A stretch of 64,000 nucleotides of DNA from Felis catus (Eukaryota): positions 205,966,001 to 206,030,000 of the forward strand of contig NC_058368.1 in NCBI RefSeq assembly GCF_018350175.1. Direction: 5' to 3'. The stretch's first letter is position 1. The number at the start of each line of letters is the position of its first letter. Under the pieces are notes generated by a model that saw only the letters and a program-made list of their open reading frames with translations, ran no database searches and was not told the DNA's origin. Position numbers and translations under genes: made by a program. Shown piece by piece: positions 25,001-39,452 of the stretch.

Positions 25001-27368
25001 TGCACAGTTTCCTCATCTGTATGTTGGATGACTACAAGCTGATTTGAAGTTCTGTCCTAAGAAGTACTAATTAGATAGGACACCTGGGTGGCTTAGTCAA
25101 GCATCCAACTTCGGCTCAGGTCATGATCTCACATGTGAGTTCAAGACCCAAATCAGGCTCTGTGCTAACAGCTCAGAGTTTGGAGCCCGCTTCAGATTCT
25201 GTGTCTCATTCTCTCTCTGCCCCTCCCCTACTTGTGCTCTGTCTCTCTCTGTCTCTCAAAAATAAATAAAAAAAAAAAAAGAAGAAGAAGTCCTAATTAG
25301 AGTTGATTTAAGTGAGAGTGTGTCAATACCATCTTATCGATGTGCAGAAATGGTTTTCTTCTTTTCCTATCCCTGGAAGAAAACCTTAGCCAAAAACTCC
25401 CACTGATAATGGAGAAAGAGGGTATCAGAAAAGTACGCTTGTGACTGTCTTGAAACTCAAAACACTCAGGAAGGAAAACCAGTCTGCAAGCATGAGAGGC
25501 AAGCCCCGAGTCAATAATGGGAGACAAAGTCAGAAGGAAAGGAGTGAGGTAAACATAAAAAAAGAAAGGTGATTTATAAAAACAAACAAACAAACAAACA
25601 ATGGTAAGAAAAGAGGGTAAGAGGTGAACCGAACATGGCTAAGGCACCCAAACTTCCTCTCACGTGAACTATGTGATGCACTGATAGGTCAGGACAGTTT
25701 AAAGGCGGAATCAAACCTGCATAGTCACCTGTCCTACTTGCTCACCTTACAAACTAGGAAACTGAGACTCAGGAAGGTGAGATAAAATGCCCAAGTCTAC
25801 CAGCTAGTAAATGCTGACACAAGAATTAAAATCCAGATTTCAAAACCCAGGTTATTCCCACCATTACATTCTGATTTAGGACAGTATCCACCTTAGAAAT
25901 GAGAACATACTGGAAGAAATGTCAGTAGACTGGGCAAACCTCCTTCCAGTCTTTGAATAGTACTCAGCAATTCTAACATTCCTATTTTAGGTCATGAGGA
26001 CATTGGAGGCTTGGCAAGGAATTCTAAATCCATTGGACCGAGCCAATGTCTCAGAATACTTTGGGAAATATAAGACAATGAAAACAGAACTAAACCTTAG
26101 TTGGAAGTATAAGGAAAATCAGTAAAGATAATCTCCTGTACTCTCTTTTTCCCATCAATTTTGGGCCAGAAAGCAAATAGTTTGCTATAGGCTTTTATTG
26201 CTTTGTATTAGACTCTTAAGTCTTCAGTTATGCAGCCAGACTTGTATAATATGAAACCTGGAGGCACCAAAGACAAATGGCAGTAGTTGCAAATACAACC
26301 TTATTTGAGTAGAATGAAAACCAGAAGCTAGTGAGCCAAATTCAAGGATAGAAGTAAAATGGGGAGCAACTACTAGCCTGGAAGTAAAGGGATCCAGGTT
26401 CTAGAGCTAGTTCTGCATTAACTCATTACATTGTAATGAAGTTATTGAATGTTTCTGGGTTGTTGTGTACATTGGATGACTACAAACTGGTTTGAGGTTC
26501 TGTCCTTAGAATTCCTAATTAGAGTTAATTTCAGTGAGAGTGTTTCAATAGCATTTTCTTATCAATGTATAAAAATGGTTTCCTTCTTTTCCTTTCCCTG
26601 GAAGAAAGCCACAGCCAAAAAGTCCCACTGATAATCACATTTTTTAATGTTCTGATTGATGAGGGGTGACATTACAAATTCACCTCTTGCTCAGTTGGTC
26701 TAGACTCTAGAGTTACAGATGGGGAGGACCACATGCTATGTGTACTTTGGCAAAAGGACCATGCGGCCCTCTGCCAACCAGAGCTGTTGTCCCAAGGTTT
26801 CTCAGAAATGAGCAAAACCTGCTGCTCGGGGACAGCCAGTCCTCTCCTCGCCTCTCCAGGGACTGAGAATTTTGAGAGCTGTTTACTGGAATCTCTTTCT
26901 AATCTGCTGGCCTTAGAATCTCTGCCCCCTCTCTAACACATTCCCACCCCAAAACAGTAGCCTCCTAGGTAGCCATACCTCTTCTTTTTAGGTTTGTTTG
27001 TCTGTTTGTTTATTTATTTATTTGAGAGAGAGAGACAGACAGATAGAGTGTGAGTGGGGGAGGGGCAGAGAGAGAGGAGGACACAGAATTCAAGCTCTGA
27101 GCTGTCAACACAGAGCCTGATGTGGGGCTCAAACCCATGAACCACAAGATCATGACCTGAACCAAAGTTGAACGCTTAACTGACTGAGCCACCCAGGCAC
27201 CCCAGCCATACTTCTTTTGAAGTAGCATCTCCCCAAGAAAGAATTTAACAAGACATATCAACATTCCTACATTGCCAGCAGCAGTCACTAGGTATTAAAC
27301 CTGAAGCAAGAATCAGGCAATAACAGCATACTATTTGTTTTTTCTTAGCCTCAGTCTAGGTACAAATG

Positions 27369-27413
<45 letters not shown>

Positions 27414-28934
27414 ACACACATGCATATTTACATTATGTGTGTATATATAATTTTTAATTAAATTTTAAAAGTTACAAAATATGACACATAACGCCAAACT
27501 AGATAAAAACACTTTAAAAACTTAAAATATGAAAGAGTATGGTGTATTTGAAACACCAAAATATTTAAAGCCAATATTTAAAGCCAATATTTAAAGCCTC
27601 TGCAGAAGGAGGAGAATGAATGAAAGTGAAAATTGCTACATAGTTGAATTAACTCCTAAAAGATTCCTCAGGATGGCCCTCAGAGAACCACCTTCATCAA
27701 ACTATCTTTGGGCTCTCTGCTGCCTTTATAGATTCCTAATGACCTGGAGCCATTTTTCTCAAGCCCTTTCTTGTTTGTGACAAATTCTTAAGTACATTGT
27801 ATGAAACAGTGTAAGGTCTGATACCATCTGCTTAAAGATAGTGTCAAATCCCACAGGTTAATGGCTTGGTCCCACAAGACCACCCCCCTCAGATGCTAAT
27901 CATAAGTTCTAATTGTCACCTATGATTCTGACACCTAGGAGGTTTTCGGGACTCCCTCCTCTTTGATTAATTTGCTAGAATGGCTCATGGAACTCAGTAA
28001 AACAATTTACTTACTATTGTTAAAAAACAAAATTCAACTGAGTAAGTGAAGATCTAATTGGCTTCATTCAATGATTCATGAATCAGACAGCATCCCGTCT
28101 AGCAGACAGGAGCTCTGAGGAGCTATACAAAATGGAAGACTTTTATGGGCAGAAGGAGATGGAGCAAGGAAGTTTTTGCAAAGAGTGGATCATTTCAGGC
28201 AAGGTCACTTTCCTATGAGGGAAGGCAGGGGTCAATCAGGCAGATCACTAGTGCTGACCAGGTAATTCCACATTGCTGGTTTAAGGCCACATTCCTAGGA
28301 AGGTAGTTGAGAACTGCAATAAGATTAGGCCTTCAGTCTTGGTTTGCTGACATGAAGCTTAGCCCAAGTGACTCCATTTTGTTGTTTCTTTTTTTTAACA
28401 CTGTTTACAAGTTTATGATAAAAACGATATGAAAAACAATACAGATGAACCTCCATTTGGAAGAGATGAGTAAGGCAAGCAGCTTCCGTGCCCCCACCAG
28501 GGAGGCCACTCTCAAAGCACTTCCATGTGTACCAACTGAGAAGCAGTCTGAACCCCATACTTGTGAGATTTTTATGTAGGCATGATCCATCATTGACTCC
28601 ATTTCCAGCCCCTCTCCCCTCTCAAGAGGCGGGAGATAAGGCTGGATATTCCAAGCTTCTAAAATGGCTTGGTCTTTCTGGTGACCAGCCCCTACTCAGG
28701 AGCCTACCAAAAGTCACCTCGTTACAACAAAGACACTCTTATCACCCAGGAAATTCTAGGGGATTTAGGAGCCCTGTGTCAGAAACTAGGATCAAAGACC
28801 AAATATTAGGGGGTGCCTGGGTGGCTCAGTTGGTTAAGCGTCCGACTTTGGCTCAGGTCATGATCTCACGGTCTGTGAGTTCAAGCCCTGCACCGGCTCT
28901 GTGCTGACAGCCCAGAGCCCGGGGCCTGCTTCTC

Positions 28935-28970
<36 letters not shown>

Positions 28971-31900
28971 CTTCCTCTGCTTGCACTCTGTCTCTCTCTC
29001 AAAAATAAATAAACATTTAAAAAAAAAACAAAAAACAAATATTAGAACGAAAGATGCTCTCAGTGCTCTTATCACTTAGGAAGCCCCAGGAGCTAGGGGC
29101 ACAGATCATTACATATATTTTTCTATTATCTCATCATATGTAATCCAGCATTATCAAACTTTTTGACACAAAACTTATTTTCACAGAATACATATTAATA
29201 TCTATAAGAATTTATAAATACATTAGCATCTTCTTTTGGTAGTTCTATTTAATTGTTTTTTAATTCAAGTTAATTAACATACAGTGTGGCATTGGTTTCA
29301 GGAGTAGAACCCAGTGATGCATCTTTTACATATGACACCCAGTGCTCATCAACAGGTGCCCTAATTAATGCCCATCACCCATTCCCCCCACCCCATAAAC
29401 CCTCAGTTTATTCTCTGTATTTAAGAGTCTCTTCCGGTTTGCCTCCTCTGTTTTTATCTTATTTTTCCTTCCCTTCTCCTATGTTCATCTGTTTTGTTTC
29501 TTAAATTCCACATATGAGTGAAATAATATATTTGTCTTTCTCTGACTGACTTATATTGACTAGCATAATACACTCTAGTTCCATCCACATTGTTGCAAAT
29601 GGCAGGATTTCATTCTTTTTGATCGCCAACTAATACTCCATTGTATATATATACCACATCTGCTTTATCCATTCATCAGTTGATGGACATTTTGGCTCTT
29701 TCCATAATTTGGCCATTGTTGATAGTGCTGCTAGAAATATTAGAGTGCATGTGCCCCTTTGAATCAGCATTTTTGTATCCTTTGGGTAAATACCTAGTAG
29801 TGCAATTGCTGGGTTGTAGGGCAGTTCTATTTTTAGTGTTTTGAGGACACTCCATACTGTTTTCCACAGTGCCTACATGCATTTGTATTCTCACTAACAG
29901 TGCAAAAGGGTTCCCCTTTCTCCCCATCCTCACCAACATCTGTTGTTTCCTGAGTTGTTAATTTTAGCCACTCTGACAGGTGTGAAGTGTTATCTCATTG
30001 TGGTTTTGATTTGTATTTCTCTGATAATAAGTGATGTTGAGCCTCTTTTCATGTGTCTGGTAACCATCTGGATGTCTTCTTTGGCAAAGTGTCTCTTCAT
30101 GTCTTCTACCCGTTTCTTCACCAAATTATTTGCTTTTTTAATGTTGAGTTTGAAAAGTTCTTTATAGATTTTGGATACTAACACTTTATCTGATATATCA
30201 TTTGCAAATATCTTCTCTCATTCTGTCGGTTGCCTTTAGTTTTATTGATCGTTTCCTTCACTGTGCAGAACTTTTTTATCTTGATGAGGTCTGAATAGTT
30301 AATTTTTGTTTTTAGGAAATCCAGTGGCATCTTAGAGAAGTTTTTCATCTACCACAAAACAATTTCTTAAATTTCTATAATTTACTAAATACTTGATTTG
30401 TGCTAATATCCTTGAGTTCCCTCATTTGTAAAATAGGGGAAATAATTATATCTATATCTACATCACATGATTATCACAACTATTAAATAAATATAATAGT
30501 GACATTAAATATAGATCAAATAGTGCATGACATGTCTACTATATACATACAGATATACATACATACATATAATAAATATATATGTATATTTACATACACT
30601 ATATATATTTACATATACTATATATATGTATATATATGTAAGTATACATATATAGTAAATACATGTGTAAAATATACATATAGTAAATACGTACATGGGA
30701 ATAAATAAATGTAAGCATTTGCTGAATAAATTTTAAATATTATTACAGGTATTAAAAAACAATATTACAATTTTATTAAAATATTGTCATTAATGTTTAA
30801 TTACTAGCTCTCTATAAGAATTCCTTTACTGTATCATACTGAAGGAAGTGAACTGAGAATGGCATTAATTATGTAATAATTTATTTTACAATCTGCTTCC
30901 AAAGTTTGCACCGGTTTTATAAGTCATAAAATAAAATAAACCTAATTTTTTTTTCATGCTAAAAGCCCAGAATAATTAAGTGAGTGGAATAGGGAGGAAT
31001 CTAACTGAGCCAGAGGGGCTGAGTTTTGGCTTCCAGCAATTTCTGGATGCCTCACCATAAATGAAAAAAAAAAAAAAGGCGGGGGGGGGCTTTTCTTCAA
31101 GTCATTTGTCATGAGTCAAAAATGTCTAAGAAAGGAATTTCTTTCATATAAGCACAGTAAATTTTAAAGATTGCTCTACATGTATTGAATTCTTGAAAAT
31201 TACTTTGTTTCCAGGTTTCATTTTCTAGCAGGAGAGCCCAGAGGAGAAGTCCTTGATAACTCTTTCACTGGAGGAATATGTAAAGCTGTCAAAAGCAGTA
31301 GAGCAAGTAATCCATACCGTGTTCCAGCCAATTTGGAAAATGTCAACTTTGAGGTATGACAGCCTATCATGGCGGCACCCCAGTGCCGATGGTGATGATA
31401 AGCAAAATTTCCAATGAAAAACTACTGATGAATGAAGGGACAGAATACAAAGGTAATGAACATTTTAAATCACCTATTATGGTTGATGTTTAATCCTTCC
31501 ACAACTCAATGAGGTCAGTGTTATTATCATCAATTTACAGATGAGAAAACTAATGCAACTAATTTGCCCATAGGCAAACAGCCGGTAAGTAGTGGATTAG
31601 AGATTCAAGCCCAGGCTTCCCAAACTGCAGAGTCCATGCTTTCTCCAGTAAACATTTAGATGCACCATATCCCACACAGATACATAGTTTGCTTTATTCA
31701 GAATTTCCTCCCACCAAAGCTACTTCTCTCAGTTAACCACAACACTCAGACATGTAAGAGTGCTTGTCTTCTTAAAATATCAAGATGAAGCTAAGTGTAA
31801 CAGGGGTAGTTCGTATCTTTCTTCCTATTTTACTAGTTGATTTGCTTTTCTGTTTTCCTAAGTGTAATGAGTGATATGCTACATACTCACAGAATCTAGC

Positions 31901-32103
31901 CCAGTGCCTTATACATAGGCCCTCTACATTTGTTGAACTAAACAGTCTATTTCTTAAAAAAAAAAAAAAAAGTGTAGGGGTGCCTGGGTGGCTCAGTTGG
32001 TTAAGTGTCTGACTCTTGGTTTTGGCTCAGGTAATGATCTCATGGCTTCATGAGTTCCAGCCCCACATTGGACTCTGTGCTGGCAGTGTGGAGCCTGCTT
32101 GGG

Positions 32104-32141
<38 letters not shown>

Positions 32142-35100
32142 TCTCTCTCTGCCCCTCCCCTACTTGTGCTCTCTCTGTCTCTCTCAAAATAAATAAATAA
32201 ACTTTTAAAAAAGGAGAAAAATTTTTTCAATTCATTTATTTTGAGAGAGAGAGAGAGAGCATGCACATGCGTGTGAGAGCAGAAGTGGGGGAGAGAGAGA
32301 GGGAGATTGGGAGTCTCAAGCAGGCTCCACACTGTCAGTACAAAACCCGATCGGGGGCTTGATCTCACAAACCATGAGATTATGACCTAAGCCGAAATCA
32401 ACAGCCAGATGCTTAACCAACTGAACCATCCAGATACCTCATCAATAACCTATTTCTTTTAATTTATAATAAGAGCAGAGGAAAGATGTGATTTTAATGG
32501 TAACATCCATGCATACAAATTTGACATGTTTGAGAGAATTTCAGGGAGTCTAATGATTTCTGAGACTACTTTATGAATAGTGTGATTTCAGCAAAGAAAG
32601 TCATTCAATTCTTCCTTTAGAAAACCTTTTACATATAACAAATACCAGTAGTTTTCCAATTTGATCAGCTTAATTTAAAGCCATCTAATATATATTAGTG
32701 GGCATAGGAAATGTCCTTGGGGACTAACTGCCAAATTCAAATACCTTTTGGGAGACTGACCCCAAAAAGTCCAATCTCTGCCTACAGATAGAAGTGACAT
32801 GGGTAACAAGTGACATGTGACCAGGTAAAGAAACTCCCCATTATCTCCCCACAGATCCAGAAGATGCTAATTCCAGGGGGTCCACCACCACCAAGGGAGG
32901 TGGAAAAGGTCTTGCTGGTATGATAAATAGGAAGTCAGAATAGATGCCGTTCCAAAGAAATAGTAATTCGGTCAATAATAACATTACTCTTAAGATGTAT
33001 TGTATTGAGGGATGCTTGGGTGGCTCAGTTGATTAAGCATCCGACTCTTGGATTTGGCTCAGGTCATGATCTCACAGTTTTGTGAGTTCAAGCCCTGCAT
33101 CAGGCTCTGTACCTCTGTCCCTCTCCTCTCTGCACCTACCCTACTTGCGCTGTCTCTATCTCTCCTCAAAATAAATAAATAAACTTTAAAAAAATGTATT
33201 GTATTGAATAGGCTTTAGAGACAGAGAGCTAAAACCCAAACGTTTACATATAATACTGTTACACTGAACCTAAACAATCAATCCATATGCTTACTTTTAA
33301 AATACAGTGATCCCTCCCACCCAATACTTAGGTATTCTCAGCAAGCATCTATTTCATGCACTTTTACAAGTAACATGTTAAACTCAGCTCATGAGATGAG
33401 GGCAAATTTGTTATCTAAACTTTTCATACTTGATAGTTTTGAAGGTGTTTGCTTGTACTGTCTTACTCAATTCCCGTAACAACCTTCCCAGAAAAGTAAA
33501 AGATTGTTTATATCCATCTTACTAATAGGAGATCAAAGTTAGATAACTTCCTCAGAGTTATGCAACAAGTAAATGGCACGGCTCTTAGTGCAGTGCTGCT
33601 GAAGCTAGATGAGCCCTTGACCATAACAGCAAGAAAGACATTAACAACTGTGCAATGCATGCCAGGTTTGTGTACCTTTCAAAACTACCATTTAAAAGGT
33701 ATCACCTGTGAGGTTCATGAATGATGTACCAGAGCCAGCTCTTCCAGCTTAAAAGAGCCAATCCTTAAATTGTTGGGAACTTCGGAAGCCAATTGGTAAA
33801 CATAGCCATGACTGAATATTAGATACATAATCTTACAATTAAATAAAAATATTAAAAGCATAGGTGATAATTACCCAAAATTTATCAATTCTCCATTATT
33901 TTGTTACATTTTACCATCGATGCTCTTGAGGTTACTTACATGTATTGAATCTATGTTACAAAAATGCTATATAATAATTTGCTGCTGTGCATCTCTTTCC
34001 GAGTTTGAGTTAAGGGGCATCACACAGGCAGCTGGGATCAGCTATGATAGGAAAACAAAAGGCAAGTGCTGTAGTAAATCACAGGTTTTCCCCTTGCCAG
34101 AGAGCTGGTTTTTAAACATTCACCAGCAGACCACTGGATCCACCCACATAACTTGGTAACCCAAGTCTGGATGGCTAGTTACATCGGGTAATACAGCCTG
34201 AAAATCCTCATCCAGAAAAAAATAGACTCATTTCATTGTCAATGTAGATCTAAAACTTGTCGAACTTCAAGAAGCTACCTGAGTTGATCTCTAACTATAT
34301 GTTGTTGAGTCTTAGGTACTATTCAACTGCTGACAAAGGTCATGGTGATATTTCTTCAAACAAAAGTTTGGGAATAACCAGGGTCAAGGTCACAAGAGAG
34401 TGGTGGACTTTTCACTGGTCCCTGTATTACTTCGTTCATGCTGTTAGCAGATAGCTGTGCAAATGTAAGCTGTATCTTATTGAGAATAGAGGAGGAGAAA
34501 TTCAGCAGGCATCTGACTTCCCTTCTCCCATAGTATTGGAGTTCATGAAGACAGGTGAAACAACAGGTTGGCTGGCACACAAAGAGGCTCGTGAAAGGAA
34601 GGGAAGGGAAAGCTTTGGCTAGGAAGTCAGAATAGAAGTCCATGGAAGAATTCTTCCCCTCAGGATCTCTCAGCTGCCAAGTGCAGAGCTCTGTCACCAT
34701 AACATCCCTGCATCAGTCCGCAGAGTTGCACCACTTACTCAGGAATCCTCCTCTCTTTTTCTAGGCGGCGCTGTGTGCTAAGCATTTGCTGTCAACAGCA
34801 AACTGCAGAGTATGGTTACCGCTAGACTTTGATTCTTAACAATACACTGGCCTACCTAGACAGGCCCCTTGCTGCATCCCAAAGCCTAAAAATTTTCATA
34901 GCTCTGCAGTCCCTCAAATCCTCCCCAAATCCCATGTGAAATTCACAACTTCAGGTTCTGTCTCTGACCCTCATAGCACAGGAAGTCAGTTGCCACTGGT
35001 CTCCATTCCTCCAGTCCCTCTTATCTCCTTCTGCTCCTCCTTACAAACCCATCTCCTTTCTTCAAACACAAAAGTAAGTGTCAACACACATAAATTTCTA

Positions 35101-35324
35101 GGTCATCAGCCCACTGGATCCACAGTGAGGATGGATGGGCTCAGCGATGTATGTAATTATATGTAAATGAGGGGGTACCTGGGTGGCTCAGTCAGTTAAG
35201 CATTCGACTTCAGCTCAGGTCACGACCTCACGGTTTGTGAGTTTGAGCCCCGCATCAGGCTTTCTGCTATCAGCACAGAGCTTTCGATCCTCTGTCTCCC
35301 TCTCTCTCTGCCCCTCCTTCACTT

Positions 35325-35365
<41 letters not shown>

Positions 35366-38300
35366 AAAATAAATAAACTTTAAAAAATATCTTTAAAAAA
35401 TAATAATGTGTAAATGAAGATTAAAACCTTGTTCCCAGAGTTTGGTTAACATCTCTTCCTGGGAAAATCTATCCTTTCAAAAGTTGCCTTGGCTTTGCAA
35501 GTTCCCTTTCATGGAAGAGCATCCCCATCCTCTCTCCCTCTCTCCCCCTGTCACCCCCACATCTACTTGGTCAACAATTTCTGTGAACTTACTTCCTAAA
35601 TATCTTTCAAATGCCCTACGTTCTCTCCACCCAACCGCCACCCCATGGACCTGGCCATTATCCTGTCTCACTTGACTTCCTCTAACAGTTTTTTACAACG
35701 GCTCTCCTTGCCTCCACTTTAGTTAACTATAGTTAACCTGATCTCTGCAAAAACACAGATGTCACAGTAACACTCCCAATTTTTCATTCATTCCATTAAT
35801 AGTTTTAAAGAACCTATTATATGCAAAATCTTGCCTTTGCAAGTCAAGTCAAATACTTTCTCAGGGCATCCAAGGCCCAGCCCCAGGTTTCCAGTTCAGT
35901 CTAATTTTTCAGCCCTGCTCACCCATGGGTAGATTTTCTCTGAGCTGCTGCCCAGGATATCTGAGCCCCCTTCCTTACATGCAAATATCTTTTCCTTTAA
36001 GCAGATACATCTTTTTGTGTATAAGAGCTAATTCATTTGACAATAAATTTCATATTTAAAAAAAAAAGAGCTAATTCATAAAACAAAATATTTGTAGTCT
36101 GAGTTTTTTTAGAGAAATGGTAAAGAAATGTCAGCAGCTATATTTAAATAGAATTGTATCGCTTCATTGCTAACTGAAGAGCTTCATTTTGGGGCCCTTT
36201 AAAGGCTAACTTGCATGCCCTGTAGTATCTGAAAGTCACGTTGAACTTTTGTGTGAATCTTACTATTGAGCAAGATTCTTTTGCAACTGGGTTATTTTGT
36301 CTTTCCTCCACTAATCGTACAAGCTCTTTGATTGTGACATGTGGTTTCCTTCACAGTGCATTTTAATTTTGAATATTTTAAAACAAGAAATTTTTCCATT
36401 GCAAACCAGACAGGCATCTTTAACATAAAGTACTCTTCAATCAATTTATTTTGCAACTTTTTTTTTAAATTCATCCATCGTCCCTTTTTGCCAGCATAAT
36501 CATAACAGGGATTTAACTTGTACTGGGAAAATACCCTGCTCCACTCCTACTTCAAGTCAAGTCCCACTGGCTTTTTTTTTTTCCTCCTCTTTCCAGACCC
36601 AGTCAGTGAAGGATTATAACCCTCCACCATGCAGAACCAATCAAGTATTTGTCCTCTGTCCCATAGACATAGCCAGTAGAGTGCTGATGCCCAACATCTA
36701 AATAAGTCTAAGTGGGTGGGGATACAACCATAGCAAGGAAGGACAGGATCTGTGCTCCCATCTGCTAGGCCTCAATTTTCTGGAAGATACCTTCAGTTAG
36801 ATTGCAAAGAGGCTCAAAGTCACAGGCAGACCAGAAATAGCCCTCGTTTTTTTTTTTTTTTTATCATGCTGTTAAATATCATTTTAGGAGTTGTTTCCTT
36901 GACGAAGAGTTTCCTGGTGTGGCCCCTCTGGGTTCAATGATTATTTAGGACAACCTCTTTTGGAGCACATCACTTCCCACACTGGATCAAGTGTCTGTGC
37001 TTGTTTGTCTCTCTAACTAAACTATTGACTCATGGAGGGCAGGAACTAATTTTTCTTTTATTTCTAGCAAAATGGGTTCTCAACAAATATTTATTGAATG
37101 CATAAAGGAATGAAGCATCATTGCCTGAGATCTTAACAAGTAGTTCCAATATTTCCTAAGTTTCATCCCATTTCATATGGATTTTTCTCCAGGTGCAAAC
37201 TGAAGAAGATGATTTAGAAACCGATTTCTACAAGGACTTAGTTCCTCTTACAAAAAATGAAAATAAACAAGCTGCATTCCGGGGCGAAGGGAAAAAAAGC
37301 TTTCATGTACCAATTTTTTATTCCTCAAAGAAAACTCAAAGCACCACCCATAATTCTGCCTTCAAACAAGCCATTCAAGCCTCCCACAAAAAGGTAATAA
37401 AAATGGTTCCCAATCTTTTTATTCTTTTCTGAAAGTTAACACTAAGTCCAGCAATCATGCAATGAGAAGGGGAGAGTTTTTGATATCAAATTGGCAAGAT
37501 TTCGAACACAAATTTAAATAGATTTAGTTTGTTGATAAATCCCATTTCAAAAGTTATAGAAGTGATATGTATAATGTTACATACATTTGGCTGTGTTTAT
37601 GGTTGTGTTCTGTTTAAGTTTTCTTTGTCTTACTGTTTTAGGTGTATTTTTTATAAGCTACATGTAACAGAACTTTACTTTTTTAACATAATCTGACAAT
37701 TAGAACTTTGCTAGGGAAATTCTGCCTTCTTTGATTTAACAAACTCACTGAAATACTTGATCATGTTTCTTCCATCTTTAATTTTTCATACTCATTTTAC
37801 TTTGTTGCTGTTTCCTATTTCTCTACTATGGCTGTCTTTGTCACATTTCTGGTTACCCCTTTTGGTCATTTTGGAAGTTCTACTAGAACATTTGGACGTT
37901 CTCTCTTTTTTAGAGAGAGTGCAAATGAGGGAGGGACATAGAGAGGGGAACAGAGGATCCAAGGTGTGTTCTCTGTTAACAGCAGAGAGCCCGACTCAGG
38001 GCTCAAACCCACGAACTGTGAGATCATGACCTGAACTGAAGTTGGATGCTTAACCAACTGAGCCACCCAGGTGCCCCTAAACTTTTTAAATTCTGCTTGT
38101 GATGACCTTTCTCTAGTTAACAAGCATAATTAAGCCTATGTTTTTTCTTTTATCACATGAATATCTACAGCCCCCAAAAGATATTTTACTTCCCCACACC
38201 CCATTCCCACTATCTCCTTGAGAATGGGTCTACGTTCTGCTCCCCTACCAATATCATTACAGGCCTCCAAAACCTCAATTTTACTGAGGTAGTTCAAAAC

Positions 38301-39409
38301 CTTTGTGTTCCAAGCTATTCACTAGGATTGTTTTGTGTTCAGTTTTATATTACATATGTTCATTTGTATTTTATCCTGACTCTTGTGTAGTCTATTTTAA
38401 AGATTCCTCACATAACACTTATAAATTCCAAGTTCATAGTCTGTATTTTATATCTGTGTAATATTTTATATACGTACGTGTGTGTGTGTGTGTGTGTGTG
38501 TGTGTCTATACATTTACTCCCTAAGTCCTTATATATCTAAAAAGCCTACATTTTCCCTGAGCAATAAAGATAAGGAATATCTTGGCCAAATATAGGAATC
38601 TTGAATCATAGTCTTCTTTTCTTGGTAGTTAGTGGATGTTATTCCACTATCTTCTACTTTTCATTGTTGCATAGGAAAAATCACATGGAAAACTGGTTGT
38701 CTTTTATTTTCTCTGTCTGGAAATTTATAATTTTTATTGTTGTTGTTTATAATTTAGGTTGTATCTGAGTATTAGACTTCTTCCATTAATCTTGCCAGGA
38801 ACTAACAAAGTTCTTTCAATATGTAAAGATATATCTTCATCCAGTAATCTTTCTTCCTCCCTTGCTTTTTCTTTTATTATTTGTATATTAAAACTCCTGG
38901 ACATGTTTTCCAGCTCTTAAGCGATTTAGGAGATAGATTTCTATTAGACATTTTTAAACATTTACAAAGTTCTTTTAAAATAGAATCTGTTCCTGGGGTG
39001 CCTGGGGTGGCCAAGTTGGTTAAATGTCTGACTCTTGATTTCAGCTTAGGTTGTGATCTCACGATTCTTGAGTTCAAGCCCTGTGTCTGACTCTGCACTG
39101 ACAATGCTGAGCTTGTTTGGGATTCTCTCTGCCCCTCCCCAACATGCTTGCTCTCTCTCTCTCTCTCTCTCTCTCAAAATAAATAAATGAACTTAAAAAA
39201 AAATAGTCTCTGTTCCTCCCAAAACCACCACTCTCAGTGGTATTTGCTCCTTCCAAAGAGATGAATGGGAAGACTGAGCCCTGAATCATAGAGTGTGAAG
39301 GGGCGGTGAAAAGAGGAACCACAACCGGAACAAAGGGGAACAGCAGCTGGAGGCCATCATTTTATGGCTCCTCCTGCCCTTACCATAGTGCCTCTCACAC
39401 ATTTATTTA

Positions 39410-39452
<43 letters not shown>

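Larger units (their letters stand above)
27822..29135. mobile_element. MER21-like LTR carrying a nested LTR and a nested SINEC
   Basis: aatcccacaggttaatggcttggtcccacaagac, gattaatttgctagaatggctca and ggtctttctggtgaccagccc resemble recalled MER21 motifs; continuity is broken at 28018-28400 and 28809-29035. Confidence 0.68.

Noticed and set aside
29676..30184. L1 ORF2-like ORFs as an active retrotransposon
   Set aside because: Only the 3' ~1 kb is present, broken across frames, with no ORF1, endonuclease or RT core.
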